Below are positions 53,501 to 64,000 of a DNA stretch of 64,000 nucleotides, piece after piece. The notes below the pieces were generated by a model. It was not told where the DNA came from and did no database searches. It worked only from the letters and a program-made list of their open reading frames with translations. Position 1 is the first letter of the stretch; the number at the start of each line of letters is the position of its first letter. This DNA is from Hydrolagus colliei. Taxonomy: Eukaryota. A program made the translations under genes and the position numbers. The stretch covers positions 4,588,001 to 4,652,000 of the forward strand of contig CM068756.1 in the NCBI GenBank assembly GCA_035084275.1, written 5' to 3'.

Positions 53501-55089
53501 GTGGCCCAGACAAGAACTGGTGAAACTTATTTATTGGCCAATTGGTTCAGAAATAACCTCAAGACCCTTGGATGGAGGACAATATTCTTTGGAAGAAACA
53601 AAGATGATCTTCAACTATTACTGGTGGCAAATGTGTTCCAAAATAAATCCAAAATAAATCCATCCAGTTTAAAAGTTTAAATGTGTGCAAGGGACATACT
53701 TTTACAGGAATTTTAAATTCGACCTTCAAAGGATTTGGGGAAATTCTATTTCAGCAAAAAATTTCCCAATGTTTTGTTCAATATTCTGAGTCTTTAGCCC
53801 AACTCTGACTGTAGGCATATATATTTACAGTCAAATAACAAAACAGTTGGTAATCTGTACATAGCACACAACAATATCCATGAATAAAGGTGCTCCAAGC
53901 AAGAGAAGGTAATTTTTCTAATTCTTCTAATTTCAGCTCGACTGCAATTAAAAGAGTGCCAGATAATACTCTGAAACAATTGGCTGCTGATAAAAAGCCA
54001 TCCCATGTAAATGAAACAGCAATGGGCTCATCTCTCCTTCCACAGCTTCACAGCTCCGTGCTTCCCAGATAAAATTAATCCGGCACTTAAGACTGATTTG
54101 ACTAGAGGCGTTATTCCTCTGGATTGCTGCAAGCCTCGGCTGGTTATCACGCCGTGCAGGCACGGCCAGTCAGCCTGATCTTTCTATTCTTCATTAAGCA
54201 AATACGCAGGAATGGAAATGAAAACATAATAGCTATTTGATTTCCATCAAGATATTTTGCATATTGGTTCGGGGCTGATAGTGGAATTTCATCAACTCGT
54301 TTCATGCTTTTAAACAAAAATTGCATCATTCAGCTGAGAAGTCGGCAGATTTCTTTACAACACAAGATGGGAGTTTTTTTTTGCAAAACGGACATCTCAA
54401 TGATAAAATATCCCTTTGATAACACTGCCTAAAAAACTTATACATTTAAGTTAAAGTGAGTCTTTTTGGTTCTTGGAAAAACTATATTTTAAGATTTTTA
54501 AAAGATGTGCAAGTCTGAACAATTCTAAGTGGAATTCAAAATCAAAAATGCTTTTTTTTAATATAAAGAAAAAGGATATTTCCACTCTTCTCAGGAAGTA
54601 GGTCAATGCATAAATTACTCTTCTTTCGAGACCCAGAACATTAAAATGTTAAGTCCAGTCCACCCAAAAAGCCTCCCATCAGCAAATTCAGAAAAAGTTC
54701 TGATTTTGCTTTGCTCATTTAAAACAAAATCCAATTTAGTCTTGCAACTTATTAGAAATGATCATTTTAGGATAAATTTATAGACCAGTACTAGTGGAAC
54801 AAGGTTCAGGTACCATCACATGGTCGTTGAGTAGTAACTGCATAAACTCCTCAAAGTCTATTCCCCAACCACTCACTCCAGTTTTCTAAACACTCAAAAA
54901 CTCATTGTTTCCAAAAACTGAACCAATGATACTGAATGATACACAAGATGCCAAAGCTGAGATAGACACAAAAAAATCAGTGGCAAACTTCACACAATAT
55001 TTGACTTATTTTGTGTTCATCGCACGAGCCACCAGTGTGCACTAGAGTTCCTGTGTGGGAGCAACGTACCAAACAAAGCTAAGTCCTTA

Positions 55090-56816
55090 GCTTGCTTGAG
55101 TCCTTAATTAAAGATGTCGTTATGGGATACCATAACAAGATTAGGCAGAGTCAGCATGGCTTTACAAAAGGGAAGTCATGCTTAACTAATCTTTCAGAGT
55201 TTTTTGAGGATGTATCTAGCAAGTTGGATAAGGGGGAAACCAGTAGATGTGGTATATTTAGATTTTAAGAAGGCATTTGATAAAGTGCCAAACAAAAGGC
55301 TAATGCACAAAGTCAAGGCCCATGGGATTAATGGGAACATATTAGCATGGATAGAAGAATGGCTAACGGGTAGAAAACAGAGTAAGGATACACGGGTCAT
55401 TCTCGAATTGGCAGGATGTAACTGGTGGAGTGCCACAAGGATCAGTGCTTGGGCCTCAGCTATTTAGAATTTACATCAATGATCTAGATGAGGACATTGA
55501 ATGTAATGTGTCTAAATTCGCGGATGACACTAAACTAGTAGGAGTCAGCTATGAAGATGATACAAAAAGATTGCAATGGGATATAGATAGGCTAGGGGAG
55601 TGGGCAAGTAGGTGGCAGATGGAATTTAATGTGGGGAAATGTGAAATTATTCACCTAGGTAGAAAAAATAAAAAAACTAATTATTTTCTAGATGGGGAAA
55701 GGTTAGATAGGGATTTGGGTGTCCTTGTACACCAGTCTCAAAAAATTAGTTTGCAGGTAGGTGCAGCAAGAAACTAAGAAGGCAAATGGTATGTTAGCAT
55801 TCATTGCAAAAGGTTTAGAGTACAAGAGTAGGGAAGTCTTGCTGCAACTGTATAAGGCCTTTGTGAGACCTCACCTAGATTATTGTGGGCAATTTTGGTC
55901 TCCTTATTTAATAAAGGACATACTTGCCTTAGAGGGGGTGCAGCGTAGATTCACTAGGTTAGTTTCTGGGATGAGGGGACTGACCTATGAGGATAAGGAT
56001 AGGTTGAATAAACGAGGGCTGTATTCTCCAGAATACAGAAGAATTAGGGGAGATCTTATTGGAACACATAAGATTATTAAAGGGCTGGATAAAGCAGACA
56101 GTGAGGGACTGTTTCCCTTGGTGGGAGAATCTATAACCAGGGGTCATAATCTTAAAATTAAGGGTCAGTCTTTCAGAACAGAGTTGAGGAAACGTTCCTT
56201 CACTTGGAGGTAGTGAATTTATGGAATTCACTACCCCAGAAGGCTGCAGATGCTCAGTCCTTGAACATTTTCAAGGCTGAGACTAGGGTCCGTCGATATT
56301 GAAATTTTCCGATATCGATATATCGGTTTGCCCATATCTATATATCGCCGATATATCAATATATACAGAATATCGATATATATCGATATCGCGGGGTATT
56401 TTTGTCCTGCGCATGCGCGCGCATTCCGGTGTGTATGCGCATTCGGATATTGACAAGGTAAGTTGAAAAAGTCTGCATTGTACCGATATATCGCCGGACA
56501 CGATATATCGATATTTGCGATATATCGATTTTTTTTTACATATCGAATTTTTCGATATATTGATATATTTTAAATTCCGATATCGGCATATCGATATGAA
56601 AATTATATCAGATATAACCGATATATTGATATATCGCCAGACCCTAGCTGAGACTGATAGATTTTTTTAAAAATAGAGGGATTAGGGCATATGGGGATAG
56701 GGCAGGTAATTAGAGTTAGGTCAGAAGATCAGCCATGATCTTATCAAATGGCGGGGCAGGCTCGAGGGGCCGAATGGCGTATTCCTGCTCCTAATTCTTA
56801 TGTTCTTATGTTCTTA
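55090..56816 (+). mobile_element. 5'-truncated CR1 LINE (RT domain to 3' UTR), frameshifted and interrupted by a hAT MITE
   Basis: Motifs QHGF..KSCLTNL, VYLDFKKAFDKVP, PQGSVLGP, FADDTKL and RPHLDYC..FWSP spread over several frames. CR1-type 3' terminal repeat (TTCTTATG)n at ~56795-56816. Confidence 0.95.
56284..56646. mobile_element. Non-autonomous hAT (Ac-like) MITE, 363 bp, nested in CR1
   Basis: TIRs TAGGGTCCGTCGATAT and (revcomp) TAGGGTCTGGCGATAT. Perfect 8-bp TSD GCTGAGAC at 56276-56283 and 56647-56654. Dense CGATAT/ATATCG subterminal motifs. Confidence 0.92.
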
Positions 56817-59800
56817 AGTTTGCATACACTCTCCTGCTGGATGGTTTCAGAACAATCAAAGGCATCCACAAGTAGGGGTCTGCTTCAGAAGATTGGCACC
56901 ATTTTGTTGCAAAAGACAGAGGCACATTAGTTTTAGATTTAAACTTCAAATTCAAAGTCAAAGCAATGATCAAGCAACCAGCAACCCCTCCAATAAATGT
57001 CCGGTCAAGATTAGTATATACAGCACAAAGGGATGGGTATGAATTCATGAAGCTGGATATTGTGGTTTTTTTCCCCTGGAATGGTCTACATCAGTTCTCC
57101 TTCGTATTACTAGTTTTCTAATACATGGATAAGTCTGCAAAAAGTCACTACAAATAGAGCACTATACATGAAAATAAGCTGATCAAGAAGATTCATGTGT
57201 ATGGGTCAAACAAAGATAATGGCAGAGATAAGCACAGTTGGCCTATTCAGATAACTGCTCCAGAACATTTACTTCTTTGAAGTAAATTGTGAATTCGATG
57301 GAGGCTGTGTTTTTAACAAAAAAGCCAACAACAAACAAACAAACAGGTTATCATGTGTTCACAAATAACATCAGAATTCAATGATAGAATTGTCATATTT
57401 CATGATAACATCCAATTGGAATCAAACACAGTTATGTGCAACACCATGATACACAAGACCTAGTCCTTTTTCAGTTGACTCAAGATCCCATTCCTGCTGA
57501 ATTGCAATATTGTCCAAATATGGAAACAATAAAAACAAGGATTTCAGTGGACTTAGTAAATTTAATTGAGGTTTAAATTTAATTTGGGTTTTATCCCCCT
57601 AAAATGGGTTAAAAACTCCACTCAGGATTTCCAACATCTCCCCCTCTCTCCGACCAAAAAATGTTGTTTGAACATTCATTCATCCTATATTACTAGCAAC
57701 TTGCAATCAGTTTGCAAGAAAACTTATTCTTAACTCATGAATCAATTAAGTCTTCATTAAAGATACTCTGCAGATTTCAGACTTTTTACGAGAGTAAGCA
57801 ATGCACAAAAACATTTTCAACCATTTGGACATAGAACGACAGACACTTGACTTTTAATAGTTATCAATGTAAATCAGTTATACATCACAGCTAACAGCAA
57901 TACTATGGAGAACCTCACACCAGTGACCAGGAAATCATTGCTTTTTTCTGCCATGAATTTCACGACAGTATTTAAGAAGTTGAAGACAGTTTTTCCAGAC
58001 TAATGTAGTTAATATTAATAATATTGTACAATAATGTCACAAAATAATGTTTTTCCACACACTGTCAGCATCAAGTAGCCCTACTACAGGTCGGCTTCAC
58101 AGTCTAGTTCAATCTGCTACAACAATCCAATAAAACTCCAGGCTCTCAAGTCCAATCTACTAACCCTACTCTTCCAGGCCTACATTAAATGCTTCTTTTT
58201 TATACAACAACTTGCATTTGTATAACACTCTTCACATAGGTGGCATCCTGGAGCACTTAAAACATCAACCATCCTTAACCCCTCTTAATCAAACTGCAAA
58301 TTTGATGTCAATGAATGTTGAATCACTGTCATCTTTGTATTCTGCTAGTAATTCTGCATTTACCGTCCCTAACTCAAGATTGGTGAGGGTTTCTGCTCCT
58401 GATCTTTATCTCCTCCTGCTGGAAGTAAGGATGTTGAATATTGGATGAGGACAGGGCTTTGATTTTCTTCATGGTCGTACAGCCAGCTGGCAATCACACC
58501 TGGGCTCATATGTGAAGAAAGGGTGAGATATTGCTGGGTGGCCAGTACCTTTGGATTGCACTCCAGCAAGAGACAGCACCTTCAGGGGAGGAGGGAATAA
58601 TATTAAATGAAATGGTAGAAAGAAAAGTTCACCTTAATGTAAAACTGTCTCATTCTTCCAAAGATTCAACATTTGCCACTGACTAAAAAAAGTTCTGAAT
58701 TGGACTGACTTTGGCCAAGTTTTTACACATAACTCTACACTCTTCGGTAATGTCTGAACCGTTTTTAAATTTGGCTCGTCAATGAACCCTGGACTGGAAT
58801 GAATTGCACATGACAAAAATGGAGCAAGTAAAGTACTGTACAAAAATTTATTTCCTGTTGAACAAATGGCTCCCTACTCATGAGAAATATTACTAAAACT
58901 AATCTAAACTGTGATGGCACAGTTTGGCATATCATGGACCTGCTGCAAATGCTTGATGCATCCGGACAATGTGAAGGAAAATGTATCGTGCAGGGGGAAT
59001 TCGGAGAGGGTTAATGTAGAATATATAGTAGGAGCGCTTAATTGAACTGACAGGTCAAATCTAATTATGTACATGAGTCAAAGCTACAAAGGTTAAATTC
59101 TCATGGTTGACCAACAGCTACTAGTATTGCAATGTAACAAAATAAACCACTGTTGCATGCTGCAAACAGTATTTACATTGGTTCAGAAATAGAAAAAAAA
59201 GTTTAAAAAAAGCAATCTGTGGACTGGAACAGAAGCAGTTCATTCAGTCCATCAAGGCTTCTCCCCCCCAGTTAATTTGCTTTACAGTACATTCTGTGAA
59301 GCACTTTGAGCCATTTCAAAGATATGATAAGGCTCTATATCAAATGCAACATTTATTATTATTATTTCATTAGATGACAGTAGTGCTCTACATTTTCAAT
59401 CCCATGAAGAATATATATAAACCAATGTTGTATGACAGACATCAATGGACTTTCTCCAATACAAGATATCCAACATGAACTTCACAGCCCTACCTCCAGC
59501 GTTAGTTTAGTTTCTCAGTTGGTAAACCACCCGAGGGTGACTTTTTTCTCCCCACTAAGCGTATGCACCTATGATTAAAAAATTTCATTAAAAATGCACA
59601 TCAAAGCCACTGTATTTCATCAGCAAAAGCAGTTTCTCACCTCTAATTTCCAGCATTCATTTTTAATCGAAATGTTAAGTCCAAATTTGCATAAAGTCTT
59701 CTAGCTTTTGCCTTTTAATATTTAACTCCTCTTAGCTATTCTGTTTAATCACTTATGCTAAGGGGTGGGGGCAGGGGAAAGCACTGCCAGAACCCAGACC

Positions 59801-61579
59801 ATAGACTATCCAGCCAAGCATGCAGACAAGAGCTCTACGATAAGGGTCCCGATAACAGATAGAAAATAGCAGCATGTTCAAACTTTCCCACAATCCAGAA
59901 ATCTTGAAACAAGGCAAGTGGCCTATCAGTCCCACTAACCCTTCTGAAAGCTCCCAGCCGTTCAGCAGCTCCTTTCCTGAACTTGACCATGAAAGAACAG
60001 GGGGGAGTGATCATGATGGAATGAACTTGCCACAAAACAGGTCCCCCGCAATTCACTGAACTTGATATAAAACAGATAATCTCTTTGTCCTTCAGACTGT
60101 TATCTAGTCTGTGACCCTGAATCCATCTTCAAAACTGAACGGGAAAAAAAAATAACACACTACAGATGCATTTTATTTCTTGGAAAGCTTCTGAAACCAC
60201 AATATCTAATGGCAGAATATCAAACCCATTTACAAAAAGGGTGGCTGGGCTGTAGCAGATCGGTCAATAATCAACTACTTCAGCAAACAAATCAACTTTT
60301 TCTGTTGCAGAAAGTAACATTTTAATAAGATTCACCATTTAAAATGGCAGGACAGTGTTTAGTTAAGGAGAAGTGATTATTTAAAAACACAATTCATGCA
60401 TTAATGTTATTGCAATAAAAGCTTTCACCTCTGATTTTGACATCGCTACCAGGATTTAAAAGTACTTCACTATTTACAGGACAAGGAAATTGTTGTGCAA
60501 TTATTGCACACATAAGAATTAGGCTAGAATATTGAAATTCAAAAGGCAGAGAAAAGATATACAAAGATATAGCTCAGACACTTACACTGAAGGCCAAAGC
60601 GATATTAATGTTTGGATCATCTGAATGCAATTCAATAGAGGAAAGGCAACTTTGAAGATAAAACCACTAGTGTGTTAAAGGGGAACACAACCTTATCTAT
60701 ACTTTAGTTTTTAAAAAGAAGCAAGACTCCTGAATACTTTATTTTTAATCCATCTCCTGGTCATTAAGGGTGCAGACACATGTGGTAAATTTCCAAGACC
60801 CATTAGGAGTCTTAATTGCAAAATGGGAATTTCTCCTCTTTGGATGGTTCAGTTTCAGTCACAAATATCCACCTAATCCCTCAGATAGACGAGCTGAAAA
60901 ACCCAATCACTGCAACACAAACTTTGCCTTGAAGGTTTTTATTCCTTTCTGATAACTTTCTGATATTTATTGTTAGATCCTGCATAAGACGAAGTCATTC
61001 ATAGTCTAGTGACAACATCTGAAGACTTGTGCATGTTGAATAATAATCGTAACATTTGATATATCTAGAATAGAAGGTCTCGAATGGCTTCCCACAAATT
61101 TGCTGTCAAGTGTAACACTGTGTACTCGTGAGCAGACCCAACAGTGAATTTGCTTGCAGTTTATTTTGTTTGCAGTATCCCACATTTTCATGTAAAAAAT
61201 GACCAATTAATTTGGAAAATTGTGTTGGGACACAGCATCACATAATCTTTTAATGTCTATCTGAACCAGCACTGTGACATCTCATCTGAAGGAAGGACCA
61301 TGCTATTTGATAACACAATGCTCCTGCACTACTGCACTAGAGTCTCAACATAAACTGTGAGCTATTTAGCATTACTTCATGCTCAAGCAAAAATAAACTC
61401 ATGCTCTTGTTTATATTTGAAATCAGGAATGGAGGCATTTAGCCGAGTGGGTCTTGATCATCCAAACTACTTTACATTATTTGTGGCCAACTCCCAAAGC
61501 TCAGTAAAAGTGTGTAAAAGTTCCAAACACACATGAATAATCAGACATGCAAAGGACTGCCACACAAACTACTGTATAG

Positions 61580-61950
61580 AACAACATCAACAAAATTACA
61601 CCTCACGCCAGGAGGACATCCCAAGGCGCTGGACGGTTAATGTTTTAGACCTGAGCTGGGGTCGGGGACAGAAAGGGGATGGGATTTGGGGTGACCGCGC
61701 CCTCCAGGCCCTGCTCCTTTCTACCAACTGCGTCTTGGTTGATGCTGGACAAGCCCTGGGAGTTCCTGACTTGTCAGAGCTCAGCCTGAGCCGTAGCCTC
61801 TCTGTGATCCTGGATGTCCTCGGGCCTGGGGTCTCGCTGCTCTGAACTTCAGTCACTCGGTGACGGCGGGAGAAAGGACCAGGATCCGGGCTCAGAGCTA
61901 CAGCACAGACCCCAGCAACATTGTCAACCTCTCCCCAGTATCCCCTCCCA
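61580..61950 (-). mobile_element. L2-type 3' tail/UTR element with (GTT)n end
   Basis: Tail aaccgtccagcgccttgggatgtcctcc followed by GTT-rich end. Short copies of this tail lie at about 800-850, 1025-1065, 3465-3530, 25385-25470, 36665-36730, 58205-58260 and 62790-62900. Confidence 0.6.
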
Positions 61951-63099
61951 TGTAAGTGCTTCATTCACGTTTTCCTGCTTCAGAAGAAGGAATGGGATAG
62001 TTGACCATATAGAAGTCCTCTACCAAACAGATTTACTGATGCACTCTTTCACACTGTGGTGCCATCAAAGTGCCAAACTCATTTCCGTGCACGTGACGCT
62101 CCAATTTGGGATCTCACACTACAACCCTGCTCCTGTATAATCAGATTACCATATCAGATCCACACACATTAATTGCACCACTCTCAAGCCTGTGTCATCA
62201 ACACAGCTGCACCTTTGTCCATGGTACTATTTGGTTTAGAGGTCAGTCTTTATTTTCCGCATATATATGCATACACGCACACAAACACACACATAAGTAA
62301 CAATGGAATAATGGAGCAGCAGTGGCAAGTCCTTTCAGCCTTTAAACAATTTTTGTTGAATAATTTTGGATCCATTTTTTTTCCTGAAAATACATGTCAT
62401 TCTGCAGTACAATTGCCCTGGTTGTGGTTGTAAGAGTGTTGCCTACATGGCTGCCCACAGCAGAACTGGCTGTGCAACAGTGAGGGTATCACAGGAACGT
62501 TTGATGCCTTCATTATTCCACACAGACATTTCATAAAGGATTACTATCATGATAAGCAACAGAAACACGGGCTAATTCTTCTCCCTCCCTAGCCCAGGGG
62601 GCCAACTCTTTCCCTTGGTGAAGAACAGGTAATTCCCTACAGGAATCAAACCTCTTATGGTTCACTAAGAAAAAGAGGCAATGAAATCCCTTTACCTACT
62701 GAGCCATCAGGAGATGTGGTCTATCTAACAGCTTACCCAGTCATCTACACAATACTTTTAATAAAGCTTGTATTTTGATCATTCGTACAGCACCTCCCCA
62801 CTCCTCGCCTGCCTCCGGGTGAGACTCCTCCACTGTCAAGTTCTCCGAGACAGTACCCTACATGAAGGGCATTATATGAATGTAAGCGTTTTTGTTGTTG
62901 CTGTTAAGTGTTTATCCATTGAACCCAGTTGGTCTCACCTCTATTTCATTAATCCAGTGTTACAGTAGATACTCTGTTGCTGTCCTGTAGATGGCAAGTG
63001 AAGCTAATGTTGAGTTAACACTGCACATTATTTTTTTAGCAAATCGTTGCCATTTTGGAAATCCAAATACATTCAGGGAATTGTCTTCACTGTTGTGTC

Positions 63100-63515
63100 A
63101 GTTTGGCTTAGCTGCCAACGTTTCTTGCCTTCAAGTTGAAAGTTCCAAGCTCAAGTCTCAAGTCGGGCCTTTAGCTCATCGTGTAAGATAACACTCTAAA
63201 ATAGTATTGAGGGAGTTCCCCACTGGCAGAGGCGCTGTCTTTCAAATGAGGCATTGAAACCAAGGTCTAGCCTGGCAGTTAGGCTGAATGTTAAGATCGC
63301 ATGACCCTGTCTAAAAAGAGAAGAAAGTTTCTCCTGGCTAATAATCCACAAGATGAACTGATCATTCACTTCATGGTTGCCACAGCAGTTTAGTTACTGG
63401 GGCAATGGCTGCAGCATTTCGCCTGCAAAACAGTTACAACACTTGCCAAGATAATTCTCTGTGAAGCACTTAATTCAGATGTTTCAAAGCGATAAGGCGC
63501 TCAATGCACACGTGT
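63100..63515 (+). mobile_element. Old Deu-domain SINE (SacSINE1/AmnSINE-like)
   Basis: Degenerate tRNA head, Deu-like core agtattgagggag...gaggcgctgtctttcaaatgaggcattgaaaccaaggtc, and L2-type tail. Recognised from memory of the consensus. Confidence 0.7.
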
Positions 63516-64000
63516 TCTTTTTCATTAAGGAGCTGATTGTGTACTGATAACAAAAAAAATTTGTCTTAACGAATTCACTCGGGCATTATTTTCTCACAAT
63601 CACAATATGATGCAGAGGCAGGTAGAACACTTGTGGTCCACACCACTCTACTGCTATTATTAAGTTTACTTGTTTACGAGAAGAATAAACTAAATACTGG
63701 ATAAATGAGTGTAGTGCACACTCATAGTGAAAACCGTGACTCTACAGACCAAACGTTTGAAATCGTCTTTTTTCAACCCATCTCACCAATATTCATACAG
63801 GACTCCTTCGATTTCTGCCCCTCCATTCTTCCCCCCCCAATGGGATAAGCAGACAGGGTTTACGGTTATAGTGCTGACAGAGTAAATCTTAGAACAAAGT
63901 ATTATCACCGGATCAATTTGGATGAATAAATCCCTTCCGATCTTATTGTTCCTTCCGGACTACCCGCCGTAGCTTCCCATCATCACACTGAACGTTTAAA

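Noticed and set aside
63900-64000. Slightly CpG-enriched end with TTCCGG motif, possible promoter edge
   Set aside because: Truncated by the window edge; insufficient evidence.

Overview
AT-rich, repeat-rich vertebrate genomic DNA. The SINE, LINE and Penelope families point to a cartilaginous fish, probably a holocephalan (chimaera); this is inference from repeat content. Most of the window appears to be large introns of an unidentified minus-strand gene, with phase-1 exons at 45827-45952 and 38933-39013, possibly 16102-16281, and a terminal coding exon at 113-351. The introns contain many tRNA-derived SINEs with L2-type tails, Deu-domain SINEs, CR1, L2 and RTE LINE fragments, three MITEs with clear TIRs and TSDs, and two Penelope-type termini with minimal hammerhead-ribozyme cores. 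The most unusual object is a GC-rich ~850-bp mosaic retroposon (~33963-34816). It carries a diverged, still-open histone H2B-derived reading frame fused to a SINE fragment and an L2-type 3' tail. Most ORFs in the supplied track are spurious. All alignments were done by eye; no database search was run.
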